A DNA stretch of 64,000 nucleotides from NCBI GenBank assembly GCA_964005815.1, contig CAXFSR010000043.1, forward strand, positions 64,001 to 128,000, given 5' to 3'. The translations under genes were made by a program, and so were the position numbers. Position 1 is the first letter of the stretch; every line of letters starts with the position of its first letter. The DNA is from an uncultured Nitrospinaceae bacterium. GTDB lineage: Bacteria; UBA8248. The notes beneath the pieces were generated by a model that saw nothing but the letters and a program-made list of their open reading frames with translations, was not told the origin of the DNA and made no database searches. Shown one piece after another: positions 9,539 to 19,716 of this stretch.

Positions 9539-11167
9539 ATGAAGAAACCCTCAAAGGGGCTAGATTCAGAAGCAGAGAGCAATCGATACCTTTTCGAAGC
9601 ATGTGGCCTCAAAAAAATTGGGGTTAACAAATCAAAAAGAATTCACTACAATCTTCCGATTTCACAATTGACAGAGATGTCTATTAATAGAAAAGAGAGT
9701 TTTCTTGCTAACAATGGAGCATTAGTTGTTAACACTGGAAAATTCACGGGAAGATCCCCAAAAGACAAATTCACTGTTAATCAAAACCCTTCGAATAAAA
9801 ACATTTGGTGGGGAGAAATAAATCAGAAATTGTCCCCAAAAAATTGGAACATAATAAAAAAGAAAGTTGCAAACTATTTGAACAACAAAGAAATTTTTAT
9901 TTTTGATGGATATGTAGGAAACGACAAAAAACACAGAATCCCTGTAAGAGTAATTTCAGAATTTGCCTGGCATTCCTTATTTTGCCGGACACTACTTGTT
10001 AGACCACCAATCAAAAACTTCAAGCCTCACAAAAATCCATTTACAGTCGTAGATGTTGGGAAATTTTTGGGATGCGGAAAAAAGGAAGGGCTACGTCAAA
10101 ATAATTTCACGGTAGTAAATTTCGAGAAGAATATGGCCCTAATAGGAGGCTCCGAGTACGCAGGAGAAATGAAAAAATCCGCCTTCTATATTATGAATTA
10201 TTTGTTGCCTCAAAAGAATATTTTTCCTATGCACTGCTCTGCAAATATGGGAGAAAAGAACGACACCTCTCTATTCTTTGGGCTATCCGGTACAGGAAAA
10301 ACAACTTTATCTTCAGATGTTGAGAGAAGATTAATCGGAGATGATGAACATGGTTGGTCAAATACAGGAATTTTCAACTTCGAAGGTGGTTGTTATGCGA
10401 AAACAATTAATCTAAGAAGGAAAAACGAACCTCAAATATGGGATGCTATTCGTTTCGGTTCAGTTTTAGAAAATGTTATTGTAAATTCAAAAACAAGAGA
10501 TATCGATTATGATGATGACAGCATTACTGAAAATACTAGAGCTACGTATCCAACTCATTTCATAGAGAATTGTGTGCTTTCCGGAAATGCCTCACATCCC
10601 AAAAATATATTTTTTCTTACCTGTGACTCGTTCGGCGTAATTCCACCAATCAGCAAACTAAATACGAATCAGGCCGTTTATCATTTCCTTTCGGGATATA
10701 CTGCAAAGGTTGCTGGCACAGAAGCTGGTGTAAATGATCCAGAAGCTACGTTTAGCACATGCTTTGGAGCTCCTTTTTTACCACTACATCCTAATGAATA
10801 CGGAAAAATGTTAGAAAACAAAATCAAAAAACACCGAACAAAAATATGGCTTATTAACACAGGTTGGATAGGAGGTTCTGCTGGTACTGTAGATAGAATT
10901 CAATTGAAATATACTAGGGCCATGATAAAAGCAGCTCTATCAGGAAAACTTAATAAAACAACCACTAAAAAAACGCCTTTCTTCGGATTGGAGTTTCCTG
11001 TAAAATGTGATGGTGTTCCTGCAAGTTTATTAGACCCGAAAAAGAGTTGGAAATCAGAAGCGGAATATATCAAGAAAGCTACTGAATTGGCATCTGCTTT
11101 TCGAGAAAATTTCAAGGCGTTTGAAGATAAAGTTGAGTCCAAAATAAGAAAAGCCGGACCTAAATAA
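9539..11167 (+). CDS. pckA: Phosphoenolpyruvate carboxykinase (ATP)
   Basis: TGRSPKDK, YAGEMKK, MHCSAN, FFGLSGTGKTTLS, LIGDDEHGW and NFEGGCYAK motifs. Confidence 0.97.
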   Translation: MKKPSKGLDSEAESNRYLFEACGLKKIGVNKSKRIHYNLPISQLTEMSINRKESFLANNGALVVNTGKFTGRSPKDKFTVNQNPSNKNIWWGEINQKLSPKNWNIIKKKVANYLNNKEIFIFDGYVGNDKKHRIPVRVISEFAWHSLFCRTLLVRPPIKNFKPHKNPFTVVDVGKFLGCGKKEGLRQNNFTVVNFEKNMALIGGSEYAGEMKKSAFYIMNYLLPQKNIFPMHCSANMGEKNDTSLFFGLSGTGKTTLSSDVERRLIGDDEHGWSNTGIFNFEGGCYAKTINLRRKNEPQIWDAIRFGSVLENVIVNSKTRDIDYDDDSITENTRATYPTHFIENCVLSGNASHPKNIFFLTCDSFGVIPPISKLNTNQAVYHFLSGYTAKVAGTEAGVNDPEATFSTCFGAPFLPLHPNEYGKMLENKIKKHRTKIWLINTGWIGGSAGTVDRIQLKYTRAMIKAALSGKLNKTTTKKTPFFGLEFPVKCDGVPASLLDPKKSWKSEAEYIKKATELASAFRENFKAFEDKVESKIRKAGPK

Positions 11168-11202
11168 ATTACTTTTTCAGTTATGACATTGGAGGATCTA
11201 AA

Positions 11203-11391
11203 ATGCCCATCGTACAAGTTAGTTTGCTAGCTGGACGAACCGAAGAACAAAAAAAAGCTATGGCTGAAGAAATCACTGAAACTGTCAACAAACATTCTGG
11301 CGCACCTAAAGAGGTTATTACAGTTACTTTTTCAGATATAGAACGTGATTCCTGGGCTGCTGGCGGAATTCTTTATTCAGAAAAAAACTAA
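11203..11391 (+). CDS. 4-oxalocrotonate tautomerase family protein
   Basis: 62 aa, N-terminal Pro (M-P-I-V), GRTEEQK, C-terminal W..GG; GGAGG RBS. Confidence 0.9.
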   Translation: MPIVQVSLLAGRTEEQKKAMAEEITETVNKHSGAPKEVITVTFSDIERDSWAAGGILYSEKN

Positions 11392-11412
11392 TCTTTCATA
11401 GAGGATATTACT

Positions 11413-12264
11413 ATGAGCACTTTTCGTCTTGCAGTAGTTCAACCAATGACTCATATGCCACCGGATGATGAAAAAAATGTTGCTGATGCCGTAAAATATG
11501 TAGAGGATGCCGCTGCTGGAGGAGCAGAATTTGTCGCTTTTCCTGAATCATATCCGGGTCCTTTTAGAATGCCAGCTACATTTGATCCAACTGAAGCTAT
11601 GAACGAAGTGGCTAATAGATGTGGGGTATATGTTCAATACGGAACCTTAGAACCTTTAGATAACGAGAAAGGTTCGGCACATAATCTTTTGAATTTAGCT
11701 CGCCCAAATGGAGGAACTCCTGGCACATATCGAAGAACCCATCCTCCAGGTCCTTGGATTTACAGAGGAGGTGAAGTCTGGGATTTTGATTATGTAGCAG
11801 GTAATGAGTACCCTACTTTTGAAACTCCACATGGACAGGTTGGTCTTGCAATGTGCAGCGAAGTCTATATGCCTGAAGTTTCTAGAACTCTTGCACTTCG
11901 GGGAGCTGAGATCATCTTTCTTCCTGCAGGAGTAGATAAAAGAAAATTATGGGCTACATGGAGAAATTTACTTTGGGCTAGAGCAACAGAGAATCTTGCT
12001 GTCGTAATTTCCACACAAAATTTAATGAATAAAGAACAAAGAGGCATGGCTCTTGTTGCTACTCCTGAAGAGATTATTTTTGAAAGCACACAATCTGGAA
12101 TGTTCCTTGTTGATGTAGATCTTGGACGAATTCGTGAACTTAGAGAGCAAAAAGACGAACCAACTTCTTCAAGAAATAATGCAGCTAAAGCAGGTGTACT
12201 GTCTCAATGGCAAAGACCTGAACTCTATGATGAATTTTTCAGACAAGAAAAAACAGAATCCTAA
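11413..12264 (+). CDS. Carbon-nitrogen hydrolase (nitrilase superfamily) with atypical triad
   Basis: LAVVQ, FPE (Glu), YRRTH (Lys position is Arg), AMCSE (Cys), RATEN. Confidence 0.85.
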   Translation: MSTFRLAVVQPMTHMPPDDEKNVADAVKYVEDAAAGGAEFVAFPESYPGPFRMPATFDPTEAMNEVANRCGVYVQYGTLEPLDNEKGSAHNLLNLARPNGGTPGTYRRTHPPGPWIYRGGEVWDFDYVAGNEYPTFETPHGQVGLAMCSEVYMPEVSRTLALRGAEIIFLPAGVDKRKLWATWRNLLWARATENLAVVISTQNLMNKEQRGMALVATPEEIIFESTQSGMFLVDVDLGRIRELREQKDEPTSSRNNAAKAGVLSQWQRPELYDEFFRQEKTES

Positions 12265-12308
12265 TGAAATAGGATTTTGTAAATAATTAACTACTAATTC
12301 GGATTTTT

Positions 12309-12812
12309 ATGTCTAGTTCTTACTTTTGGTTACTTTATGTTCACATTATAGCTTCATCACTTCTAGTAGGATCTATGCTCTTTTTCTCAATCTTGTTTAG
12401 AAATATAAAAAACAGACTCAGCAAAGAAGAATTTGCTGGTGAAATCGTTTCCATACTTCGTTTTTATCATCCGTTTATTTTGCTATGTATGGGAACTTTG
12501 ATTATGACTGGAGCCTGGTATCTTACTGGATTAAAAATATCTATGGGTCCATCATTCTCAAAATTATTTGTTCCATTAGGATCCAAACTTCTTTCTGTTT
12601 TTCTTCTCATTATGGGCATGTGTTTTCAGTTCTTTGCTATTGGCCTGAGACTTACTAGAGGAATTGGACCAGCAGGCAATGGTCAGACTATAAGTTCAAC
12701 TACAGATGAGAGATTAAAACTTCTAAACACATTAGAAAATGTTAACGCCGTAAATGTGGTTATAGGGATGGCCACTATTTTCTTAGGCCTAGGACTTACT
12801 AAAGGTTTCTAA
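12309..12812 (+). CDS. Four-helix membrane protein (CopD/DUF4149-like)
   Basis: LYVHIIA..L.VG at the N-terminus, LIMTG, KLL; four hydrophobic segments. Confidence 0.6.
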   Translation: MSSSYFWLLYVHIIASSLLVGSMLFFSILFRNIKNRLSKEEFAGEIVSILRFYHPFILLCMGTLIMTGAWYLTGLKISMGPSFSKLFVPLGSKLLSVFLLIMGMCFQFFAIGLRLTRGIGPAGNGQTISSTTDERLKLLNTLENVNAVNVVIGMATIFLGLGLTKGF

Positions 12813-13523
12813 CTAAGAAGGAAAAATTCTCTCTGCTACCAAGGGAGAACCTGGTGGATGTAGCAAATAAGAATGAACGTGTTTTGTCCATTCTGTCTCT
12901 TCTAGAGAAACATAATTTTCTTCCCTACTTTCAAAAGAAACAAACTCGTATATTACAGAATGTCTGGGACTTCCATTTGTAACAATCATTTTTCTTGCTC
13001 CTATACAACCAGAAGCATTAGAAACACCTAACATTCTTTCCTGAGCATACCATTCCTGTAAATCATCATCATTTTCTCTTGCGTCGTATCGTCCCATCTG
13101 AATTAGGCGAGATGGAACTGTTCCTACTTCTCTCTTATCGGACTCTGGGCCATTAATACGCCATTCTTCCGTGAGAATCACATCTTTCACATTATCTCTT
13201 TCATCTAATATTTGACTGTCTTCGATTTCTAAATTTTCATAGATCATTCTAGGACTTGGATCATAGAATGATCTAGTAGTTTCAGCTCCAAGCATTAAAA
13301 TAAAATCACTTCCAGAAGCTCTTGCTGCATCCTCGTCTTTGTGGAGTCTATTCAGAATTTTTTCGAATCTCTGTCCAGGATGAACAGACTGATACATTGC
13401 GATCCAATTAGGTTCGATCAAGTCCTGTAAAATCGGAAAGTATTTTTCTTTCGCCCATTCCAAAAAAAACTCTCTCTTAGAGACATCTAGATCAAAATAA
13501 GTTGCCCATATGGCATTATCCAA
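12813..13523 (-). CDS. Duplicated dimeric alpha+beta barrel (EthD/DUF4286-like) protein
   Basis: Two similar halves (FLEWAKEKY / LQEWYAQER), GCIGARK, VIYEF; TTG start after AAGGAG. Confidence 0.55.
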   Translation of the reverse strand: MDNAIWATYFDLDVSKREFFLEWAKEKYFPILQDLIEPNWIAMYQSVHPGQRFEKILNRLHKDEDAARASGSDFILMLGAETTRSFYDPSPRMIYENLEIEDSQILDERDNVKDVILTEEWRINGPESDKREVGTVPSRLIQMGRYDARENDDDLQEWYAQERMLGVSNASGCIGARKMIVTNGSPRHSVIYEFVSFESREENYVSLEETEWTKHVHSYLLHPPGSPLVAERIFPS

Positions 13524-13608
13524 AATTTAGCTCCTTATATTTTATATGCATTAAGATATCACAAAAATCATGTTAAGATAATTTATCAATTTTATTTTTG
13601 AGGAAAAA

Positions 13609-14238
13609 ATGATCTACGAAATAAGAACATACACAATGACAATTGGCGATTCTGAGGAAGCTGTTGAAGATTTTGGAAAAATAATGGAAGAAAGAAAAAA
13701 GATTTCAAGGCTAATAGGTTTCTTTCATACAGTTGTGGGGGATCTAAATAGGGTTTTACACATATGGGAATATGAAAATTCTGCTCACAGAGAAGAAGTG
13801 CGCACCAATACATTAAGCCAATCTTGGTGGCCACCCTTAAAAGCAGAAAAAATCATATATCAAACAACAAGGTTAATGAGACCTTCTCCATTCTTACCAG
13901 AACCTAGAACTGGAGATATGGGAAATATATATCTTATTTTTAGTGATTATTTCCAAACCGGAAAACTACCGGAACTTAACAGGCACTGGTCCAATCATCT
14001 TGCCAAAAGAGAGGAAATCTCTACTCTAGCTGGTGCTTTTTCTAATGCCGCAGGAGAATTCGAACAAGGCGTTTTAAACGAATTTATTCATATATGGCCG
14101 TTCAAGGACGCCAATCATATGATGGATACTCTTTCAGAAGAAAATACAATTCCTGGATGGAAAGATGGACAAAAAGCCTATCTACGTTCACAGTCTTCAA
14201 ACATTTGGCACCCTGCAGAATATTCTCCAATGCATTAG
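13609..14238 (+). CDS. NIPSNAP family protein (two domains)
   Basis: MIYEIRTY, GDLNRVLHIWEY, LNEFIHIWP, C-terminal P..YSPM. Confidence 0.88.
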   Translation: MIYEIRTYTMTIGDSEEAVEDFGKIMEERKKISRLIGFFHTVVGDLNRVLHIWEYENSAHREEVRTNTLSQSWWPPLKAEKIIYQTTRLMRPSPFLPEPRTGDMGNIYLIFSDYFQTGKLPELNRHWSNHLAKREEISTLAGAFSNAAGEFEQGVLNEFIHIWPFKDANHMMDTLSEENTIPGWKDGQKAYLRSQSSNIWHPAEYSPMH

Positions 14239-14245
14239 AGAAAAA

Positions 14246-16240
14246 TCACATATCCATTTCAATTGCAGGATCTCCTGATTTTCCTAGATAGAAATCTCCT
14301 GAATCGGCTTCAAATCTGAAGGATATTTCCTCTAGTACTTTTTCATTACCAGCGATCGTATAAATATCTCCCTCTTCAAGATGGAGATCTCCATGGACAT
14401 TCAATGCTTTTCCATCACGATGGACAGAAATAACAAGTACTTCGTTTGGCAATTTCAATTCCTCAATTGACTTACGAAACAAATCTGAATTTCTTACTTC
14501 CAAATCAAGAATATCCTGATCTTCCTCCATACCCAGAAGTAATGAAACCGCAGAAGGTGACCTTACAAAATGATCTAGCAAACTGATCATTGCAGTTGAA
14601 GGAGAAACGACAGATGCACCAAGAACTCTGTATTCATCATAGTTTGAACGATCATTGAGTCTTACTACAAGATGAGCAAGTTCGAAATTTTCATTAGACA
14701 TCTTGCAGATCTCTAAATTCTTTTCATCTGAAAGCATTCCTATAATAGCCCCTGCTCCCCCTGCACCCATAAAACGAAGTTCCTTTGCCGAAAATTCCTC
14801 AATCTTATGAAATTCCACTCCTATTTCAGACAAAGTTTCTGATTTAAAGTCAGAGATTGTCGCCATTTTCACTTGCCAGTGATGCAAACGCAACTGCCTT
14901 GCTAACGCTTGCGCCTGCCCATCTTCTCCAAAAATTATCGCCGTGTGTACAATTCCCATCTCTGTTTTTTCGGGAAGAGGAAACGCTTCTTTCATCAGTC
15001 TTATCGAAAATTTAAAAAAGGAAGGTCCTACAATCTGATTAAGCACAATGATTCCAATCATCAAAGTAGCAAATTCTTGTCCCCAACCTGGAAAAGCAAC
15101 AGCTACTTCAGTTGCTAATCCCATCCCAATACCTGCTTGAGTTATATACGCCATCCAACTCAAACGACTTTGTTTAACAGGATCACCGGCAATCATTCCT
15201 CCAGAAAATGATCCAACAAAAATTGCGGCAATTCTTATCACAAACAAGGCCAACGCAATTGGCCATACAATAAACAAAGTTGACAATTTCAGTGAAGCAC
15301 CTACTAGCGTAAAAAACATAAGATAAACTGCGGGACCTACTTCATTGAGCATCCTTGAAAATTCATCTCTGTACTGACTTCTGTTGGTTACCCACAGACC
15401 AGCTACCATACAAATCAGTAAGGGTTCAAGAAGAAGTTCAAATGAGAAATTTTCTGCAGTCTTATGTCTTACTAGATCAGAAAAAAAGAAGACTGAATAC
15501 CCTACAAATAACATCAAGAAAATTTTGTAGCGCAAATCAAATTTTTGTGACGCTATGAATCCTAAAATTCTTGCAACACAGTATCCTAAAAACAGAGAAA
15601 TACTTAGTTCTACAATCAACAATGCAATAAAACCAAAATTCATGCCAATATTCGTGAGAAGAGCATCCGCAATCGAAGAATTCACTGCAAATAAAATAAT
15701 AACAACACTATCCATAACAACCGTTACACCCAGAGCAGTCTGAACAAACGGACCTTTAGCTCTTAGTTCTTTTATTACTGCAATTGCAGAAGAAGGGGAA
15801 CGAGCAACAAGTATAGATCCACCCAAAATGGATATTGCAATTCTTCCTTCTAAGGGAACTCCTTTGACAAAGGGTATGTAATCTGACAATAAAAAGAAAC
15901 TTGAACTACCTAGAACAAAGGTACCTACAACAAGGCCTACTGTCGTCCATTTTATACTATTCAACCTTGAATCTAATTCTTTAAGATACAACTCTCCCCC
16001 AGCAGCAAATGCTATAAATGCAAGGGCTACTTGATCTAGAAATCTTAAAGACTTTATGGAAGAAAACGTGATGAAATTTAAAACAAAAGGACCACACAAA
16101 ATTCCAACAAACAGAAATCCCGTAATAAGCGGCAACTTCACTTTAACAAACAGTGTGCTTATCTGTCTCGCTGCAAGTGCAACTATCACCAAAGAAATTG
16201 TCGAAAGAAATATGCTTTTCGACAAAGAAATCACTTCCAT
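14246..16240 (-). CDS. Cation:proton antiporter with C-terminal TrkA-N and TrkA-C (RCK) domains
   Basis: LP.ITG....GI..GP, FIAFAAG.EL, SPSSAIAVIKE, QAG; about 13 TM followed by a cytoplasmic RCK region. Confidence 0.85.
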   Translation of the reverse strand: MEVISLSKSIFLSTISLVIVALAARQISTLFVKVKLPLITGFLFVGILCGPFVLNFITFSSIKSLRFLDQVALAFIAFAAGGELYLKELDSRLNSIKWTTVGLVVGTFVLGSSSFFLLSDYIPFVKGVPLEGRIAISILGGSILVARSPSSAIAVIKELRAKGPFVQTALGVTVVMDSVVIILFAVNSSIADALLTNIGMNFGFIALLIVELSISLFLGYCVARILGFIASQKFDLRYKIFLMLFVGYSVFFFSDLVRHKTAENFSFELLLEPLLICMVAGLWVTNRSQYRDEFSRMLNEVGPAVYLMFFTLVGASLKLSTLFIVWPIALALFVIRIAAIFVGSFSGGMIAGDPVKQSRLSWMAYITQAGIGMGLATEVAVAFPGWGQEFATLMIGIIVLNQIVGPSFFKFSIRLMKEAFPLPEKTEMGIVHTAIIFGEDGQAQALARQLRLHHWQVKMATISDFKSETLSEIGVEFHKIEEFSAKELRFMGAGGAGAIIGMLSDEKNLEICKMSNENFELAHLVVRLNDRSNYDEYRVLGASVVSPSTAMISLLDHFVRSPSAVSLLLGMEEDQDILDLEVRNSDLFRKSIEELKLPNEVLVISVHRDGKALNVHGDLHLEEGDIYTIAGNEKVLEEISFRFEADSGDFYLGKSGDPAIEMDM

Positions 16241-16283
16241 ACTAAAACAATCCTTCTAAATCAATTAAAATCAAACTATACAA

Positions 16284-16808
16284 TTACGATGGTGTTCCAA
16301 AAGTTGCAATTCGATCAACCTCACATTCGAACAAAACTCTCTTCTCATCAATAACCGGATCCCTCAAACCATATGGAGGCTCATTCCCAGTGTATTTAAC
16401 CCAAATCTTGTCTACTTGTTCAGTTGCTTTTTCCCCACCAGGTTCACCTTCTACAATTTCATTTACAACTGTACATTTAATGCTCATCCAATGATAGGGA
16501 TTTTCGGGGTTCACCAACAATAGAGTTAATTTCGGATTTTTTCTAATCCATTCACACTTTGGACGATGTGCAGCGGTGTTAACAAGAATTTTGTCATCTT
16601 CATAATCGAACCACATCGGGGTCAGATTGGGTCTTCCGTCAGGACCTGTTATACCCAAAATAACTGTAATCGGTTTATCTAGAAGGTCTCGATAAATAGG
16701 ATCTAGATCAGAAAGACTCGAACCTTTCTTTCTATCTCCAACAGAAAACTGCCCTTCCTGCAATCCTTCAGAAACATTTTTAAAATTTGCAATTGTAAAA
16801 TCACTCAT
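16284..16808 (-). CDS. Pyridoxamine 5'-phosphate oxidase-like split-barrel protein (PPOX class, possibly F420-dependent)
   Basis: DGRPNLTPMWF, VNTA..R.K...IRKNP, NPYHW, KY, E.RV pattern. Confidence 0.8.
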   Translation of the reverse strand: MSDFTIANFKNVSEGLQEGQFSVGDRKKGSSLSDLDPIYRDLLDKPITVILGITGPDGRPNLTPMWFDYEDDKILVNTAAHRPKCEWIRKNPKLTLLLVNPENPYHWMSIKCTVVNEIVEGEPGGEKATEQVDKIWVKYTGNEPPYGLRDPVIDEKRVLFECEVDRIATFGTPS

Positions 16809-16949
16809 AAGGCTCCTCCTATTTCCCTTGTTAAAAAAACAAACTCACATACCTTTATGAATCAAATAATAAGTTTCAAGAAAAGAATTATTTCAAATAT
16901 ACTTTCATTTCAATTTATAGCTTATATCCTACAATAAAGGAGAATTAAA

Positions 16950-17321
16950 ATGGAAGGAAAATATGAAAAAGGTCTAAAAAACCGAAGTAGAGTTTTTGGC
17001 GACCAAGGGGAAGAAAGACGTAAAGAATTCGAAGAAGTAAATCCTGATTTTGCAAAACTAATCACAGAAAATATATTTGGCGACTTATACGAACGCGAAG
17101 GAATGGATGACAAAACAAGAGAGATGATTATTCTTGCAATTTTATGTGCGTTAGGAAAAGAAAAAGAATTTGGATTTCATGTACATGCTGCACTTAATGT
17201 TGGCATGACAAAAGAAGAAATTCAGGAAATCTTAATGGTTTGCGCTTTTTACGCTGGAGTTCCAAACACAGTTGCCTCTACTAATTCTACTTTAAGTGTT
17301 TTCAAGGAAAGGAATATGTAG
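16950..17321 (+). CDS. Carboxymuconolactone decarboxylase (CMD/PcaC-like) family protein, single domain
   Basis: GL..R..V.G, FGDLYER.G.D.KTRE, H...ALN.G.T.EEI.E and FYAGVP. Confidence 0.88.
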   Translation: MEGKYEKGLKNRSRVFGDQGEERRKEFEEVNPDFAKLITENIFGDLYEREGMDDKTREMIILAILCALGKEKEFGFHVHAALNVGMTKEEIQEILMVCAFYAGVPNTVASTNSTLSVFKERNM

Positions 17322-17391
17322 TCAAATAACCCATCAATCTTTTGTGTGTCAAAAGGAAATAGTTTCATGAAAATGGCTGACTTGTTTATTG

Positions 17392-18000
17392 TCATTCCAT
17401 TTTGTTTAATTCTATTTCCAAATAAATATAGACAGTTTCACTAAGGACTAATCCTCCACTGTCTAAAAATCGATTCCAGGAAACATTAAAATCTTTCCTG
17501 TTAAATTTTGTTTGACCGCTAGCACCCATTTTACTTCGCCTACCCTTGCGCTTTAATTCAGAGCTGATTTCAGAGACTCTGATTTTAATTTCTTTTGTGA
17601 TACCCCTAATTTTTAAATTTCCCACCAAATCGAAGCTTTCTTTTTGTATATTCACAATCTTGGTAGAGACAAATTCAATCTTAGGATGATTTTCCACATC
17701 AAAGAAGTCGGGACTTCTTAAATGTGAATCTCTTCTCTCATTTCTTGTATCTATCGATTTAGCGTCAATAGAAACGGCAACTTTTGTTTTGGTTACATTT
17801 ACAGGATCAAATTCAACTCGCCCTTTAAAGGAACGAAATTCTCCTCTTACCCAAGAAACTCCAAGATGACGAATTTTAAATGCAACACTTGTATGACTCG
17901 AATCGATAGACCAAGAAGCAGCATGTGCAAATTGACCAAAAGACATACATAGATTCAAAAAAACGATTACACTAACGAATAAACGTATTACTTTCTTCAT
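17392..18000 (-). CDS. YceI family periplasmic lipid-binding protein
   Basis: Signal peptide (AHA/A), WSIDSSHTSV.F..RH.G, SIDT.N..RD.HLRS.DFF. Confidence 0.92.
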   Translation of the reverse strand: MKKVIRLFVSVIVFLNLCMSFGQFAHAASWSIDSSHTSVAFKIRHLGVSWVRGEFRSFKGRVEFDPVNVTKTKVAVSIDAKSIDTRNERRDSHLRSPDFFDVENHPKIEFVSTKIVNIQKESFDLVGNLKIRGITKEIKIRVSEISSELKRKGRRSKMGASGQTKFNRKDFNVSWNRFLDSGGLVLSETVYIYLEIELNKME

Positions 18001-18017
18001 TCTTCTCTCCTAGTTCT

Positions 18018-18749
18018 CTATATCTTTGTACCTTCAATACCATGCGAAGTATCTTTGGCAGTAATAAAAACATAATCCTCTTCGCCAACAATCTCTCCGG
18101 AATGGACTGCATTTGGAGGAATATGTGCAATATCGCCTGGAATCATAGTATGGACATTTCCTTCAATCTCCATTTTTGCCGAACCTCGCATGCAAATCAC
18201 AAATTGCTCATTAGGATGAGAATGTGCTTCTGCTTTAGTTCCTACAGGCATACAAAACTGTCCAAATATTACTCTTTCACCAGTTATCCAAGAACCATTT
18301 GAAGAACTATAACTGGGTCCTGCCAGTTCATCTTTCATTTCATCAATATTGTAAAAATACTGAAAATCTTTTTCCATCTTTCCTTCTTCGCTTTTCTCTA
18401 CATCAGATGGTGTGCCCTGTATCCCCCAAGCAGTATCTTTTGCTGTCACAAAAACTAAATCTTCATCTCCTAAAACTTCACCGGAATGAATAGAATTTGG
18501 AGGTTTTAGAGAAATATCGCCTGCTGTCAAATCTTTTGACTGCCCTTCGATTTTGGATCTGCTAGAACCTTTAATGATAATCACGAACTGTTCATTTGGA
18601 TGGCTATGAGAATTTGATTTTGTTCCAGCTGGCATGGTAATTTCACCAAAAATTAATCTTTCGCCAGTAACCCAGGATCCATTCGCTGAACTATACGCTT
18701 CACCTGCCATTTCGTTTGACATCTCTTTTGTCCGATAAAAATATTGCAT
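18018..18749 (-). CDS. Bicupin (internal tandem duplication of a cupin_2 domain)
   Basis: Two halves, each with HSHPNEQF ... PPN..HSG ... TAKDT; ATG 18749 after GAGGAG. Confidence 0.85.
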   Translation of the reverse strand: MQYFYRTKEMSNEMAGEAYSSANGSWVTGERLIFGEITMPAGTKSNSHSHPNEQFVIIIKGSSRSKIEGQSKDLTAGDISLKPPNSIHSGEVLGDEDLVFVTAKDTAWGIQGTPSDVEKSEEGKMEKDFQYFYNIDEMKDELAGPSYSSSNGSWITGERVIFGQFCMPVGTKAEAHSHPNEQFVICMRGSAKMEIEGNVHTMIPGDIAHIPPNAVHSGEIVGEEDYVFITAKDTSHGIEGTKI

Positions 18750-18839
18750 CGAAAGACTCCTCAAGGTATGTAAATTAGATGTGTAGCAATTCTATATAAA
18801 GTAGTCTGGTTTTTCTATTTAATAATTGCCAGATGAGAT

Positions 18840-19184
18840 TTATAACGGTTTTGCGAAACTAATCTCGTTACCATCTGGATCTGTCACATGAAAATATCTC
18901 TCTCCCCATCTTGCATCAGAAGGAGACATGTCAGGTTTAATTCCCGCAGCAACAATTTTTTCATAAAAAATATTTACATCTTCTACATGAAAAATAATTC
19001 TTCCCTTTATAGTCGGGGGACAAAGTTCTTTATTCAACACGAAATTTAAAAAACAATCACCAAAAGAGAGACTTACAAAATTACCCTCTTTGCTATATTT
19101 GACCTCAAAACCCAATCTTTCATAATAAGAAACTATACACTCTATATCTTTTGTCTCTAATGTAACTGCACTAATTTTTCGCAT
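18840..19184 (-). CDS. VOC/glyoxalase family protein
   Basis: ISAVTL, YERLGF, IIFHVEDV, WGERYFHVTDPDGNEI; likely start at MRKI. Confidence 0.85.
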   Translation of the reverse strand: MRKISAVTLETKDIECIVSYYERLGFEVKYSKEGNFVSLSFGDCFLNFVLNKELCPPTIKGRIIFHVEDVNIFYEKIVAAGIKPDMSPSDARWGERYFHVTDPDGNEISFAKPL

Positions 19185-19308
19185 ACGACTTAAGTATTTC
19201 TCCACTGCATTTTTAATTTTAAAAAAGTACTTAGTTCTCACCAGCAAAAAACTCCTGTAGAATAACACATTCAATTAATAACAAAAAAACAAATTTCATG
19301 AGGGAAAA

Positions 19309-19692
19309 ATGAAGATAATCAATTCCGTTGGCATCGAAAATGATGAGAATTTTGAACCTCCCTATACAATTCTATGGGGAGTGAACGATCAAACTACTGA
19401 TACAAAAGTGATGACTATGCAAAGAACTATTATTCCACCTGGCGGAAAAAACAAAATGCACAAACACACTTGTGATGCAACTTTTTACGTTGTTAGAGGA
19501 CCTATCTATGTGTATGCAGGCGACCCTGCAAATCCTGAAAAACACTTAGTAGAAGCAGGCAATTTTTGTTATGCGCCAGCAGGGGAATACCATGGACAGG
19601 AGAATCCGAGCAAAACAGAAGTAGCAGAACTCGTAGCTAGCTACGGCGGTTGTTCTCATCATGAAAAATCAGGAACAACTTTTGCTGAATAA
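19309..19692 (+). CDS. Cupin domain protein
   Basis: PPGG.N..HKH, FYVVRG, P.GEYH..EN. Confidence 0.8.
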   Translation: MKIINSVGIENDENFEPPYTILWGVNDQTTDTKVMTMQRTIIPPGGKNKMHKHTCDATFYVVRGPIYVYAGDPANPEKHLVEAGNFCYAPAGEYHGQENPSKTEVAELVASYGGCSHHEKSGTTFAE

Positions 19693-19716
19693 AAAAAACA
19701 GTATAAACCCTGAATA

